NCBI GenBank assembly: GCA_039815375.1
Contig: JBCBZJ010000006.1
Coordinates: 67,873 to 131,872, forward strand
DNA from: Verrucomicrobiota bacterium
GTDB lineage: Bacteria > Verrucomicrobiota > Verrucomicrobiia > Opitutales > Coraliomargaritaceae
Direction: 5' to 3'
DNA length: 64,000 bases
Made by a program: the position numbers and the translations under genes. The notes below the pieces were generated by a model. The model made no database searches. It had not been told where the DNA came from and saw only the letters and a list, made by a program, of their open reading frames with translations. Each line of letters begins with the position of its first letter. Position 1 is the first letter of the stretch. Below are positions 52,426 to 63,196 of this stretch, in pieces.

Positions 52426-52778
52426 CTTCGTATTTTCGGTGCTGAGCGGTTTCGGTGTTCTGTCTGCATCTGTCGTTTCACCTGAAGAGCTGGAGTTGGC
52501 CAAGCCCCGTTTGGAAGCGAGCCTGAGTGGGAACAACCTGACGATTGGATGAGAATCTCGAAATGATCCCTGCTATGATACAAGAGCCAAATATACGGGA
52601 ATACGAATAGAAGGCATCTTGGTGGAAGACCTACTATCAGCTTATCGGAAAATGAATGGCTAGCCGGTCTGAATCCGCGGAGTGTCTACTTTAGTCGCCG
52701 AGTGAGTGCCGGGAGCAGTTCTGTTTGTTGGGATAGCCTAATAAACGCGAATCGTGCGACTAAACTTTCCATTCGCGA

Positions 52779-53456
52779 CTATGACGAAAACTCGAGGTAA
52801 GGTTGAATACTTACTGTTGCGTTAGAGCCGGTCAGGAGGAATAGCTGTTGACCGGAATGCCATCCCGCTGTCTCCAGTCCTTCGATGCGCTGTATCTCTG
52901 AAATATTTGCGAGTAAGGTCTCGGTTTCGTGGGTTTGATTGCCGATGAAGAGATGAACGATGCGGTCGTCGTCGAGGTGAAAGCAGACGAGTGTGATGGG
53001 TTCCTCTCGCCAGGTCAGTTGCTTGCAACCAATGGGCTGAAGGTCTGCGAGCGCTTTGGGGAGTTCTGAATAGTTAGGCGCTTGTTTTTCCTCAAGCCAT
53101 TCGGAAATGTTGTCGAGAGAGCTGTCATATAGGTCCAGCAGGAAACCCGCATCGACAATGTAATCGGCTGCGGCTTCCCGTAAATTGCTTGAATATTGCA
53201 GCTCGTTGTTATGCCCCATCTTAAGCAGCAAAAAGGAAAAAACGAAACCAATGATGACGATGGCGGCGATCGCGACCCGAACGGAGGGAAATGACAGTAG
53301 CTTTCGCTCTGGCGCAGGACCTTGTTCAAGAATGGAAGCTTTCAGCAATTCCGGCGGCTTCACGGAAGACAGCGCTTCTCTGATTTGCCCATCAAGGTGA
53401 TTCGGTTTGAGCTCTTCAGGGCTTTCTTTTTCTGGATCGTATGAGTGTGTGTTCAT
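52779..53456 (-). CDS. Single-TM anti-sigma factor-like protein
   Basis: Downstream of an ECF sigma; PPELLKASIL, one TM helix, periplasmic GC...LVCF motif. Confidence 0.75.
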   Translation of the reverse strand: MNTHSYDPEKESPEELKPNHLDGQIREALSSVKPPELLKASILEQGPAPERKLLSFPSVRVAIAAIVIIGFVFSFLLLKMGHNNELQYSSNLREAAADYIVDAGFLLDLYDSSLDNISEWLEEKQAPNYSELPKALADLQPIGCKQLTWREEPITLVCFHLDDDRIVHLFIGNQTHETETLLANISEIQRIEGLETAGWHSGQQLFLLTGSNATVSIQPYLEFSS

Positions 53457-53460
53457 GAAA

Positions 53461-53970
53461 TTAGGAGTGGCTTACGGTTTCAGCCGAGGTGTTTTTCGTT
53501 AGGCGCTCATAGAGGGTTTTCTTTGCGCGGTGCAGTCGGGACATCACGGTGCCGACGGGGATCATTAAGATTTCAGAGATCTCGCGATAGGAATAATCCT
53601 CCAGATAAAAGAGGGTGAGTGGAACTTGAAGACTTTCATCGAGATTCATGAGTTCTTTGATGACCACTTCATGATCAAGGTGGTTGGGATCGGGCATCTC
53701 GTCTTCGATCGTTTCTGAGATGACTTCAAAGTTCACATTCGCTTGGAATTTGCCTCGCCGTCTGCGATCAACGAATTCCCGATAGAGTGTGGAAAATAGC
53801 CAGCTTTTGATTTTGGATTTGTCGGCGATCTTATTCCAGTTTTTTGCCAATTTTAGGTAGGCCTGCTGCGTGAAGTCGGCGGCATCGGCTTCGTTTTTTG
53901 CGAGGCTGAGTGCGAAGTAGTATAGATTTTGGTAATTCGCGTTCACGTGCTGTTCAAAGTCGGATTCCAT
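53461..53970 (-). CDS. ECF RNA polymerase sigma factor
   Basis: DFTQQAY, SWLFSTLYREF, YREISEIL...GTVMSRLHRAK. Start moved to ATG 53970. Confidence 0.9.
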   Translation of the reverse strand: MESDFEQHVNANYQNLYYFALSLAKNEADAADFTQQAYLKLAKNWNKIADKSKIKSWLFSTLYREFVDRRRRGKFQANVNFEVISETIEDEMPDPNHLDHEVVIKELMNLDESLQVPLTLFYLEDYSYREISEILMIPVGTVMSRLHRAKKTLYERLTKNTSAETVSHS

Positions 53971-54049
53971 TCTAGCAGAGTGTGTTAGTTGGTCAGGTGA
54001 GGATTCTTGGATTGGATATGGACCTGGCCCTTTGGAATCGTCCGAAGTG

Positions 54050-54120
54050 TGATGCATGAGAACGGAGCTTATTCACAAAAATCTGAATTTTTTATGAATA
54101 AGATGAATTTTGGTTCGTCA
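54050..54120. promoter_or_regulatory. Back-to-back ECF-type promoters TGAATAAG-N13-C(G/A)TCA
   Basis: Plus strand 54095-54120 and minus strand 54075-54050 share an identical 8-mer, the same spacer length and a near-identical -10 box. Confidence 0.72.
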
Positions 54121-54168
54121 TAGGTGCGGCTTTGTAAGCCGAAACTCACCACTAAATTATAAACAAGA

Positions 54169-54954
54169 ATGACAGCTAAAATCACTGGTCTTGCCCTGCT
54201 TTCAATTGGGCTTTTCTCTCAAGCCAACGCCGCTTTTGATGTGCGTATCTCAGTCGTCAATGATGCTGCGGTAGACGGCCTCTATTTTACACCTCTATGG
54301 ACTGGTTTCCATAGTGGGAATTTTGATCTCTTTGACCCTGGCAGCACAGCATCTGCTGGCCTTGAAGAGCTGGCAGAAGAAGGAATGGCCGTAACTCTAA
54401 ACACAGAATTCGGCACGGGGAGTGGGCGCCTCTCGAATAGCCTGGCCTCGGACAGTGGCATCGGTCCAGGTCTTTTTGATCCTGGCCGTTCAGCCAGTTT
54501 TGATATTACGCTCGACGAGAGCGCCAATCGTTACCTCAGCTTTGCATCGATGTTGTTGCCTTCCAATGACGCCTTTTTCGGAAATGGAAACCCGACAGCT
54601 TATGAGTTGTTTGATGCGATGGGCAATTTTAACGGTCCGTTCTCGATTACTATACTCGGCCAAAATATTTGGGATGCTGGCAGTGAAGTAAATGACACGC
54701 TCGGAGCACCGTTTTCTATGATCCCAGGAGACAGTACCGATGAGAACGTGGGGGTATCTCTGCACCCAGGGCTCGATGATTTCGTCGGCACTGCACTCGG
54801 CAACAACGACATTCTTGGTACCGCCTTTACTAATCTAACTCCCATCGCAACGATTAACATAAGTGCAGTGCCCGAGCCTAGCTCCTTCGCCGCCATTGCA
54901 GGTGTTCTGGCACTGGGATGGACTGCATTTGGACGCCGACGTTTCTTGTCCTAG
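54169..54954 (+). CDS. Spondin_N-domain protein with PEP-CTERM sorting signal
   Basis: FTPLW...H, LEELAEEG, SMLLPSNDAF, WDAGSEVND; VPEPSS, TM helix, RRR. Confidence 0.9.
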   Translation: MTAKITGLALLSIGLFSQANAAFDVRISVVNDAAVDGLYFTPLWTGFHSGNFDLFDPGSTASAGLEELAEEGMAVTLNTEFGTGSGRLSNSLASDSGIGPGLFDPGRSASFDITLDESANRYLSFASMLLPSNDAFFGNGNPTAYELFDAMGNFNGPFSITILGQNIWDAGSEVNDTLGAPFSMIPGDSTDENVGVSLHPGLDDFVGTALGNNDILGTAFTNLTPIATINISAVPEPSSFAAIAGVLALGWTAFGRRRFLS

Positions 54955-54987
54955 TTACCTCCGATCCGACAGGAAATTCAACGCATT

Positions 54988-55017
54988 ATGGCGCTCTCGG
55001 AAGGGAGCGCCATTTTT
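54988..55017 (+). terminator. Intrinsic terminator
   Basis: ATGGCGCTC-loop-GAGCGCCAT-TTTT. Confidence 0.8.
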
Positions 55018-55043
55018 GGGAGGATCAATTTGAGCTACTTAGG

Positions 55044-55235
55044 ATGGACATAGACATCCATCAGCCAGGACAATTGCCGACTCCGGGTATTGGCGGTTCA
55101 GGTGATACACTGCCCCCGAAAATCCCCGAAGCCGAGCAGCTATACCCAAGTCGTTGCCCGATTCTGGTTAATGATGACAACGATGATTTGGATTGGGTAA
55201 AAACGTCGCCGCATCCAAAGTTATCTTATGTCTAG
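55044..55235 (+). CDS. Possible small Pro/Asp-rich hypothetical protein (63 aa)
   Basis: ATG downstream of the terminator; no recognisable motif. Confidence 0.3.
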   Translation: MDIDIHQPGQLPTPGIGGSGDTLPPKIPEAEQLYPSRCPILVNDDNDDLDWVKTSPHPKLSYV

Positions 55236-55399
55236 TTTTTCGTCCTTCGGACCGGAGGCAATAGATAGAAGGGGGTCTTGTTCCAGTCGCGGCAATCTAG
55301 TCGGAAGTGAAGGGGATTTAAAAGGGACAGGGTCCTCTCGAATCGCCTTAATCTGGTTCAGCTTCAAGCTCATAGCTTGAACTTTAGGCTTTTCTGGCC

Positions 55400-56251
55400 A
55401 TGCATTATAACATGTCTCGTTTACTCCTCCTCCTTTTCTTATGCGTGAACGCGCTTTCTGCGCGTATTGCTATCGAAGGTAAGGTCCAATCGGTAGACCG
55501 GGAAGAGAGGAAGCTATCTGTTGAAGTTTTAACTGAAGGGGTATCTGATTTTCCCTCAGGAACCGTTGTGAACTTCCGCGTCGCCTCAGGTGATTTGGAG
55601 ATTGGGTATCTCGGCAGAAAAATTCGTGCAAACGCTTCGAACTACGGAAACGCCTGGCATTTGGAGCAGGTTTTCCCGATTGATGGCCTCGGGGCCAAAG
55701 CGATGGCCGATATCAACCGGCGTTTGCATGATGCCACTGCTACGATGAGCCGACGGAAATATTTGAAGCAGGGCGATTACATCCCAAATTTTGCCATGAT
55801 CGATGAAGACGGAGAAATCCTCCAGATTCGCCAGATGCAGGACAAGGCATTTGTGCTGAATTTCATTTTTACGCGATGCGCGGTGCCGAATATGTGTCCT
55901 GCTTCAAGCACCCGTATGGAACTACTACAGGAGAAGGCTAGAGCAGAGGGTATTGAGAACCTTAACTTTGTGACCATTAGTTTTGACCCTGCTTTTGATT
56001 CACCCGGCATCCTGCGAACTTATGCTCAAGGTTATGGCATGGAGCTTGAGAACTTTCACCTGCTGACGGGCACGCAAGAACTGGTCGACGATCTGCTTCG
56101 CCAATTCGGCATTCTGACGATTGAGGAAGATGGCACGATCAACCACACGATGGCGACTTTTCTAATCGATGCCAAAGGCCGCATCGCCTATCGCAAAGAA
56201 GGTTCTTCATGGACGGTCAACGAATTTATGAAAGCAGCAGGTAAACTCTAG
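55400..56251 (+). CDS. SCO1/SenC family copper-binding protein with extra N-terminal domain
   Basis: FIFTRCAVPNMCP (CxxxxxC variant), ISFDPAFD, INHT; signal peptide. Confidence 0.88.
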   Translation: MHYNMSRLLLLLFLCVNALSARIAIEGKVQSVDREERKLSVEVLTEGVSDFPSGTVVNFRVASGDLEIGYLGRKIRANASNYGNAWHLEQVFPIDGLGAKAMADINRRLHDATATMSRRKYLKQGDYIPNFAMIDEDGEILQIRQMQDKAFVLNFIFTRCAVPNMCPASSTRMELLQEKARAEGIENLNFVTISFDPAFDSPGILRTYAQGYGMELENFHLLTGTQELVDDLLRQFGILTIEEDGTINHTMATFLIDAKGRIAYRKEGSSWTVNEFMKAAGKL

Positions 56252-56258
56252 TCGAACG

Positions 56259-57176
56259 ATGGCAGAAAAAAATAAGGCAAGAATCATCCCTGTGCTTCTG
56301 ATCACGGGTTGTTTTGTGGCAGCATTTTTCGTGTTGCGAGCCTTGCCGGACGCCGAATGCGGCTTTCTTCACTATGTTGAGATTGTGAATGAGGATGGCG
56401 AGATTGAACTCTGTGCAACCAACCATGCCGGATTTATCGATTTAAGCCGTCTTAAATATCCGATCAATATCGAGCTGGCTCCCGAAGCTGAGTTGCAACC
56501 AGGCACGTTGCATAATATTGAGCTCGATCTCGAAACCGAAGGGGGAATGCCTATTGCGGCCCATGAGCTTGCTATTACCCATACGAAGAAGATGCACGTG
56601 ATGCTGGTGGATCCATCACTTGAGGATTACCATCACGTCCATCCGGCGTCAGAAGGATTTGATGGTCATTTTCATTTCTCATTTAAGCCTGAGCGGAGCG
56701 GGACCTACCGCGTATTTACTGAAATTGTGCCCAACAGAAGCCGTCGCCAGGCAATTGCTACCGCTATGATTTCTGTGGAAGGAGAGCCAGATCAGCTGAA
56801 GTTTACGAGTAATCGTGCTTATACAAATAGTGGCGTGCAGTTTCGCCTGCTTTCGGTTCCGGACAAAATCCAAACCGGCCGCGATTACTTGCTTCGACTG
56901 AACGTGACCGCTGCTAACGGTGATCCAATCAAGCTCGAAGAAATCATGGGCGCCAAAGGTCACATGGTTGCTTTTGATTTTGCGGGAAAGGGTTTTGCCC
57001 ATATGCATCCTATGGACAGTATCGTTGAGGCGGTTGCAGGCTTTCGAACACAAGATGAAGAAGAAGACCTGGAGTTTCTTTTCAATGTGCCCAACCCGGG
57101 AGATTATAGGCTCTTTGCTCAGATCCAGGTTGAAGGGCAGGCTGTGTTCGGTCGTTTCGATTTGAGGGTGGAGTAA
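56259..57176 (+). CDS. Exported His-motif heavy-metal-binding protein
   Basis: HTKKMHV...YHHVHP and MGAKGH...FAHMHP repeats; PGDYRLFAQ. Confidence 0.7.
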   Translation: MAEKNKARIIPVLLITGCFVAAFFVLRALPDAECGFLHYVEIVNEDGEIELCATNHAGFIDLSRLKYPINIELAPEAELQPGTLHNIELDLETEGGMPIAAHELAITHTKKMHVMLVDPSLEDYHHVHPASEGFDGHFHFSFKPERSGTYRVFTEIVPNRSRRQAIATAMISVEGEPDQLKFTSNRAYTNSGVQFRLLSVPDKIQTGRDYLLRLNVTAANGDPIKLEEIMGAKGHMVAFDFAGKGFAHMHPMDSIVEAVAGFRTQDEEEDLEFLFNVPNPGDYRLFAQIQVEGQAVFGRFDLRVE

Positions 57177-57179
57177 GGT

Positions 57180-57704
57180 ATGGATGATTTTGAGACATTT
57201 AAGGCAACGCGCGTGAAGATGGACCCATCTTCGCATAAAATGTCCGAGAAACAGTGGCAACAAGCCTACACAGCATACCGAAGCTCTCGCAAACGCGTTG
57301 CCGGTAGCACGTCATCTACCTCCAGTAAAAGCAAACGCCGTCGCCGTACAACGAGTAGCAGCCCGGCACCCCGTGTATCACACAAGCCCTCCTCAATAGC
57401 TCCATCTAATCAGCTTCGTAATGAAGTACGTCTACGCTCCGCATACACAGACCTGCGACTCCTTGTTGATGTGCTTTCTTGGGTTGTTCTAGGCGTGGTT
57501 GTTTTGGCTGCAGCAGTGAAGCTCGTCTACTACACGAACATCTCTGTGGCACTCGTTGCCTTGTTGGATGCGGTAGTTTGGGTGGTTGCGGTTTTTGGTC
57601 TTCGCCTGCTGGTGCATGTGATTATCGATATTCCTGATATTGCCCTATACAAAGCTCTTAAAGAACCGGTAGAAGAGGAAGACAGTCAAGCCACTGGCGA
57701 GTGA
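57180..57704 (+). CDS. Hypothetical membrane protein (Ser/Arg-rich N-terminus, 2 TM)
   Basis: Continuous ORF 3 bp after the upstream gene; two hydrophobic helices. Confidence 0.7.
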   Translation: MDDFETFKATRVKMDPSSHKMSEKQWQQAYTAYRSSRKRVAGSTSSTSSKSKRRRRTTSSSPAPRVSHKPSSIAPSNQLRNEVRLRSAYTDLRLLVDVLSWVVLGVVVLAAAVKLVYYTNISVALVALLDAVVWVVAVFGLRLLVHVIIDIPDIALYKALKEPVEEEDSQATGE

Positions 57705-58196
57705 CCGCGCTTTACATAGCGCTCATCAAGGTCTCATGATTCGGTATTCTAGTGCATGTCGCCGAATGTAATGCGCTTACATTTAGTTTCTCGCGTATAA
57801 ACAAGGGTTACACAATTGGTTTTAAGCCTGTGGGGGACTGAACAGCCACGGTTGAGAACGAGAATGAGTCTTGTCTCATGCTTAACCGTATCGCGATCGC
57901 AACGAAGTAATATCCGGTAGTCGAGTTTCCTGAGATTGAGATAAGTTCTGAAACAACAAGGCGTGCCATTATCCGCACAATTGAGGGGGGCAGCTCTACT
58001 ATAGTTGAGCCTCAGTTTGTGTATGTCATTCACGCAGAAAGTGAGCTACTGCGCGTTTATGCAGATGTTTCCTACAGTCAAGTGCGAGAAGGCTCGATGG
58101 TCTTTGAGCCTAATAAAGACAATTTTCGTAGTAAGCGGTATCTTTGAAAATGGATCAACAAACTGTATAAAAATTATCTAACCACGAAACCGTCGT

Positions 58197-59057
58197 TCAA
58201 GACGCATCCTCAGTAAAACCCAGAAGTTCGATCTTCAGCCTCTTGGCCTTTTCGAGTAAAGCAGATTTATCCAGCATAATTACTCGGCCCGATTCAAGTG
58301 CTGCCGTTTCTATACCTGCCTCGTGCATTACATCCAGAGTGCGCGTTCCGAAAACCGGTACATCAAAGCGGTAGTCCTGTTTGCGTTTTACAGTTTTCAC
58401 AAAGATCAGCCCGTCGGTTTTGAAATTGCCGGCCCGCCGGAGCATGGGGTCCGTTCCCTCATAAGCTTCGACTGCGAGAACGGTGCCATTTCGAACAACA
58501 CAGCCCTGACCGATATCGAGTTCACTGATACCTTTCGCAATTTGTATGCCGTGCTCTATATTGTCCGGTTTTGATTTTAACTTACCAATCGTCATTAGGC
58601 CCTCGTGAGCCAAATGATCATCAAGAAATGCACGGGCATCGAGCATCTCTACGCCAATTTCTTCGATCTCTCCGGCGATCGCACCGAAGATAGTTTCTGC
58701 GTTTTTAATTTTCAGACCATTGAGAATCTTCAGGGCTTTCAGATCGGGATGCAGGCCGCGGAAAAGTCGTTTTGGTGTAATCTGCCCAGCCATCAATGCG
58801 TAGCCGCAGCCAAACTCCCGAAGCGCTTTCAGCATTTTCCCCAGCTGCCCGACTTTGATCTGAACATGGTCCTTTTTGTCAAAGCTTTCGATAAGTTCGT
58901 CTTCAGTTTCATCTTTGAAAGAGATGAGATGAAGTGGCAGTCCAGATGCCTCAATACCCTTTGCTGTGAGAATAGGATAGCTCCCTTTGCCGGCAATCAA
59001 GCCGATTGGTTTGGATGAAAAATCGTCTGGTAGAAATGCGGAAGGTTTGGATTCCAT
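58197..59057 (-). CDS. lpxI: UDP-2,3-diacylglucosamine pyrophosphatase LpxI
   Basis: GLIAGKGSYP, DIGQGCVV, AVEAYEGTD, QDYRFDVP. Confidence 0.9.
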   Translation of the reverse strand: MESKPSAFLPDDFSSKPIGLIAGKGSYPILTAKGIEASGLPLHLISFKDETEDELIESFDKKDHVQIKVGQLGKMLKALREFGCGYALMAGQITPKRLFRGLHPDLKALKILNGLKIKNAETIFGAIAGEIEEIGVEMLDARAFLDDHLAHEGLMTIGKLKSKPDNIEHGIQIAKGISELDIGQGCVVRNGTVLAVEAYEGTDPMLRRAGNFKTDGLIFVKTVKRKQDYRFDVPVFGTRTLDVMHEAGIETAALESGRVIMLDKSALLEKAKRLKIELLGFTEDAS

Positions 59058-59872
59058 TAGTCCAGAAATTGATAGGGGCGTGATGAAGGTTGCTCAAAGT
59101 ATTCCGGCCTTGCAATGAATATGGGGTAGGGCATCTCACCGGATTTGCCTCCGGATTTGAAGACGACTCGTTCACTTGCGTGAACCGCAGCGTCAATCAT
59201 GAGTGAGCTCCGCTCGTCCATCGCGGTTTCAATATCTCCTATCTCAGCGACTTCATCAAGCATGGCACTTTGATCACTGATACGGATGAACTCGGAAGCG
59301 GTAATGAATCTTCGTTCCTTGCTGTCCGCGTTGCTGAACGCGATATTTCCTGTCTTAACTGCAATGTGCGTTCCGGTCTCGTAATAACCTAAATGAAAAG
59401 ATGAGGGATAGAGCCGGATTTCACCGTTCGGAATGCGCACGGTGATAATGGAGAGCGTTGAGATCTTATCGGCCGCTATGGCAATCGAACCACGTTTGAG
59501 AACGAGTGTGATTCTGGACTCGGATGGCTCGTAATCCGGACTCTCTTTTTTGGGTGGAAAAGGGCGTTGTAAAAAGCTCTCGATTTCCAGTTCGGTATTC
59601 TGGTCAATACCTATGCCCATGCTATTAGAGAGTGAAAAAAACAAATATTCGTCTAAATCCGTGACAATATTTAGCGAACTCAGCTCGGTGATCTCATGAA
59701 GTTGTGCGGTCCGGGTAATACCATCTTGAGGAGTGAGGCTCACCTCACCCCCACGACTAGTTACAACTGCGATACCATTCTTTAAGTTGAGAGTTTGCGC
59801 TTGGCACGTTGCAAGAACTAGCAGCCAAAGGCTCAGCTGTTTACAAGCTATTGAAGTCAGGAGACGGTGCAT
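59057..59872 (-). CDS. Exported FecR-like beta-rich hypothetical protein
   Basis: Signal peptide, GEV...LKRGSI...VKTGNI pattern. Start at ATG 59872. Confidence 0.55.
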   Translation of the reverse strand: MHRLLTSIACKQLSLWLLVLATCQAQTLNLKNGIAVVTSRGGEVSLTPQDGITRTAQLHEITELSSLNIVTDLDEYLFFSLSNSMGIGIDQNTELEIESFLQRPFPPKKESPDYEPSESRITLVLKRGSIAIAADKISTLSIITVRIPNGEIRLYPSSFHLGYYETGTHIAVKTGNIAFSNADSKERRFITASEFIRISDQSAMLDEVAEIGDIETAMDERSSLMIDAAVHASERVVFKSGGKSGEMPYPIFIARPEYFEQPSSRPYQFLD

Positions 59873-59873
59873 T

Positions 59874-62435
59874 CTATACCGCGACAATGTTGACGATCTT
59901 TCCGGGCACGTAAATTTCCTTCTTGATCGTCTTGCCGTCAATGAAGCTTTGCACGCGCTCGCTGGCTTTGGCTGCTGCAATGGCATCTTCTTTAGAGTGG
60001 CCGGTAGGCAGTTCAGCGTCACCGCGGTACTTGCCGTTAACCTGGAAAATGATCTTCACCGTTTGGGAGACAAGTTTGCTCTCGTCATATTCTGGCCAAC
60101 CTGCGTCGACAATGCTACCACTGTGGCCGAGTGTTTCCCAGAGCTCTTCACAGATATGTGGGGCAAGTGGAGCTAGAAGCATAAGCAAGGCTTCAACTGT
60201 TGATTTAGCAACGGTATCTCCGGTGCTAAGCTGCTTCTGGCAGATCATCATTTGCGAGATTGCGGTATTGAAGGCGAGGTTGTCGTAGTCTTCCGTAACT
60301 TTCTTTATGGTGGCGTGCAGCTCACGCAGGTTGTCAGGGTTTTCTTCACCATCGGTGAAACGATTCGAGTCAGAAGCCAGAGCCCAAACTCGGCGCAGGA
60401 AACGAGAAATCCCTTCAATGCCCTTTGTGTTCCAGGGCTTCATTGCCTCAAGTGGCCCTAGGAACATAATGTAGCTGCGAAGCACATCGCTGCCATAGTC
60501 CGCGATAATGCTTTCCGGATTGGCAACGTTGCCACGGCTTTTCGACATTTTTTCACCGTCCTCACCAAGAATGATTCCCTGGTGGAAGAGCTTTTTGAAA
60601 GGTTCTGGATCGCTGACGACGCCGAGGTCAAACAGGACCTGATGCCAGAAGCGGGCGTAGAGGAGGTGAAGCACTGCGTGCTCGGCACCACCAATGTAGA
60701 GATTGGGTGTGCCCCAGTATTTTTCCTTTTCAGGATCGATCAGCGCCTCTGTGTTTTTCGGATCGACGTAGCGCAGGTAATACCAGCAGGAACCGGCCCA
60801 TTGTGGCATTGTATTGGTTTCGCGGATACCTTTCAGCCAGCCACTGTTTGCTTTGGTAGAGGTTGCCCCGGTCTGTGGGTCGACGTAAATATGCAGCCAT
60901 TCGCTAGCCTTGGAGAGCGGGCTTTGTCCATCCGGCGACGGTTTGTAGCTTTCCACCTCGGGAAGCTCAAGTGGCAGCTCGGCTTCGGGCAGCACAAGTG
61001 CAAATTTTGTTACACCGTCGATTTCACAGGAAACAGGTCGCTCGACCGACTTCAGAGACTCGTTTGCTTTGGTGTAGTCTTCCTCGCTGACCCATACGAC
61101 AGGGAAGGGTTCGCCCCAGTAGCGCTGACGGGAGAAAAGCCAGTCACGCAGCTTGAAGTTTACAGTCGCTTGACCACGGTTTTCCGCCGAGAGCTGTTCG
61201 ATGACGGCTTTCTTGGCAGACTCCGAGTCCTTGCCACTCTGTTCGCCCGAATTGATCAGCTTACCGGGGCCGGTGTAGGCTGAGATGAGGGCACCGGATT
61301 CGTCTTTATTGGCAGAGCCGTCGTCTTCGATCACTTGGATGATTTCCATGCCGAACTCTCTGGCGAATTCGAAGTCACGCTCATCGTGAGCCGGGACTGC
61401 CATGATTGCGCCAGTGCCATAAGTCATGAGCACGTAATCGGCGACCCAGATGGGGATCTCCTTGCCATTGACCGGATTGATCGCAGTCGTGCCGGTCCAT
61501 TCGCCTGTCTTTTCTTTTGAGAGCTCGGCGCGCTCTAAGTCGGACTTGCTCTTGGCCGTTTTGAGATAGGCGTCAACGGCTTCTTTACGGTCAGGAGTCG
61601 TGATCTGATCAACAAGCGGGTGCTCTGGAGCAATCACCATGTAAGTCGCCCCGTAAAGTGTATCGGGTCGGGTTGTGAAGACAGTGAGTTGTGCGTCGTG
61701 GCCTGAGACGTCAAAAACAATTTCGCCACCTTCGGATCGGCCGATCCAATTTTCCTGAAGGCGCTTTGTAGAGTCGGGCCAGTCAAGGTCTTTGAGGCCA
61801 GCGATCAGGCGTTCCGCATATTCGGTGATACGAAGCACCCACTGGCGGATTGGGCGTCGCTCGACAGGGAAATTTCCGCGCTCGGAGCGTGGGCCTTCGG
61901 AGGTGCTAAGCACTTCTTCATTGGCGAGGACAGTGCCGAGCTCAGGGCAAAACCAGACCGGCTTTTCATCGACGTAGGCGAGACCCTTCTTGAAGAGCTG
62001 CATGAAGATCCACTGCGTCCACTTGAAGTAGCCGGGATCCGTCGTGTTGACTTCGCGATTCCAATCGTAAGCGAAGCCGAGTTGGGTCAACTGCGTTTTA
62101 TAAGTCTCGACGTTCTTGGCTGTCGTGATCGAGGGGTGGGTGCCTGTCTTAATCGCGTATTGCTCAGTCGGCAGACCAAAGGCATCCCAACCCATTGGGT
62201 GCAGCACGTTGTAGCCCTGAGCCTTCTTGAAACGCTTGAGCGCATCGCTGGCGGTGTAGTTTTCGACATGACCGAGGTGGAGCCCTGCACCGGATGGGTA
62301 GGGGAACATGTCGAGCACGTAGAAGGCGGGCTTGTCCTCAAAGTCCCTGGATTCGTAGGTCTTGTTTGCGGTCCAGTAGGTCTGCCACTTTGGCTCGATA
62401 CTGGAAAAGTCGTAGTCTTTACTTGGAGTCGCCAT
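59874..62435 (-). CDS. leuS: Leucine--tRNA ligase
   Basis: [38 protein letters not shown]. Confidence 0.98.
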   Translation of the reverse strand: MATPSKDYDFSSIEPKWQTYWTANKTYESRDFEDKPAFYVLDMFPYPSGAGLHLGHVENYTASDALKRFKKAQGYNVLHPMGWDAFGLPTEQYAIKTGTHPSITTAKNVETYKTQLTQLGFAYDWNREVNTTDPGYFKWTQWIFMQLFKKGLAYVDEKPVWFCPELGTVLANEEVLSTSEGPRSERGNFPVERRPIRQWVLRITEYAERLIAGLKDLDWPDSTKRLQENWIGRSEGGEIVFDVSGHDAQLTVFTTRPDTLYGATYMVIAPEHPLVDQITTPDRKEAVDAYLKTAKSKSDLERAELSKEKTGEWTGTTAINPVNGKEIPIWVADYVLMTYGTGAIMAVPAHDERDFEFAREFGMEIIQVIEDDGSANKDESGALISAYTGPGKLINSGEQSGKDSESAKKAVIEQLSAENRGQATVNFKLRDWLFSRQRYWGEPFPVVWVSEEDYTKANESLKSVERPVSCEIDGVTKFALVLPEAELPLELPEVESYKPSPDGQSPLSKASEWLHIYVDPQTGATSTKANSGWLKGIRETNTMPQWAGSCWYYLRYVDPKNTEALIDPEKEKYWGTPNLYIGGAEHAVLHLLYARFWHQVLFDLGVVSDPEPFKKLFHQGIILGEDGEKMSKSRGNVANPESIIADYGSDVLRSYIMFLGPLEAMKPWNTKGIEGISRFLRRVWALASDSNRFTDGEENPDNLRELHATIKKVTEDYDNLAFNTAISQMMICQKQLSTGDTVAKSTVEALLMLLAPLAPHICEELWETLGHSGSIVDAGWPEYDESKLVSQTVKIIFQVNGKYRGDAELPTGHSKEDAIAAAKASERVQSFIDGKTIKKEIYVPGKIVNIVAV

Positions 62436-62538
62436 TTTCAAAAACGGCGGATTAAGAGCCTTCCCGCAATTCCCGTCAACGCCGTAGGCGGAACGGATAC
62501 GCTTGATTTGTCTGTATCTACCGTCAGATTGATAGATT

Positions 62539-63087
62539 GTGACTCAGTTCTCCCGTCGTATTCTTTTCTTAACGCTCTGCTTTTTACTTTGCGAGGCTTC
62601 CTCTTCGGCTAACTCGTTGTCACTCGGGATCTTCGGAAAGCAAGCTGACAGAGTGCAACAGAAGCGCGTCGAAAAGAAAGTCTGGTCCAAACCCGGCCCA
62701 TCCAATTTTCAGGGCAAGAGCTTTCCGATTCAGGAATGGAATAAGTATTACTCCTCTATTGGGACCAAACGTGCCCCGATCGCGATCAACGAGAAAAAGG
62801 AGAAACAAGTTTACAAGACTGACCTGATAAAAAGAAAAGAATTTGCTACCGAAATGTCCCGCTGGAACAAAGATCTGGCTGATCTCCACAAAAAGGCGGG
62901 TATAAGCATGGATGACCGGGCAAAAATTGCGGCTGATCATAAGCTTTACCAGATGATGCTTCAGGATAGTCAGGTTTATTCTGAGCTGCGTAAAGAGGTC
63001 TCCCTGAGAGATCTGAATCGCTTTCAGTTCCGGCGTAATCGTTCTGATGGAGAGCTGCCTATTAAAAAGGCTGGTTCCGACGAATAG
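62539..63087 (+). CDS. Hypothetical exported basic protein
   Basis: Signal-peptide-like N-terminus; Lys-rich; [13 protein letters not shown]. Confidence 0.65.
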   Translation: MTQFSRRILFLTLCFLLCEASSSANSLSLGIFGKQADRVQQKRVEKKVWSKPGPSNFQGKSFPIQEWNKYYSSIGTKRAPIAINEKKEKQVYKTDLIKRKEFATEMSRWNKDLADLHKKAGISMDDRAKIAADHKLYQMMLQDSQVYSELRKEVSLRDLNRFQFRRNRSDGELPIKKAGSDE

Positions 63088-63196
63088 TCGCCAATCGAAG
63101 TAAAAGTGCCCGGAAATTGCTACTTACGCTTGAGTTCCGCAAAGTGCTAAGAAAGATACACGAAATCTTTTACGCGAATTAAAATACAAGATAGAA

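Noticed and set aside
57955..57975. Sigma54 promoter TGGCACG on the minus strand
   Set aside because: The -12 element is off by one base and lacks GC.
63088..63196. Na+/Li+ riboswitch upstream of mrpA
   Set aside because: No matching conserved motif or stable stems visible.
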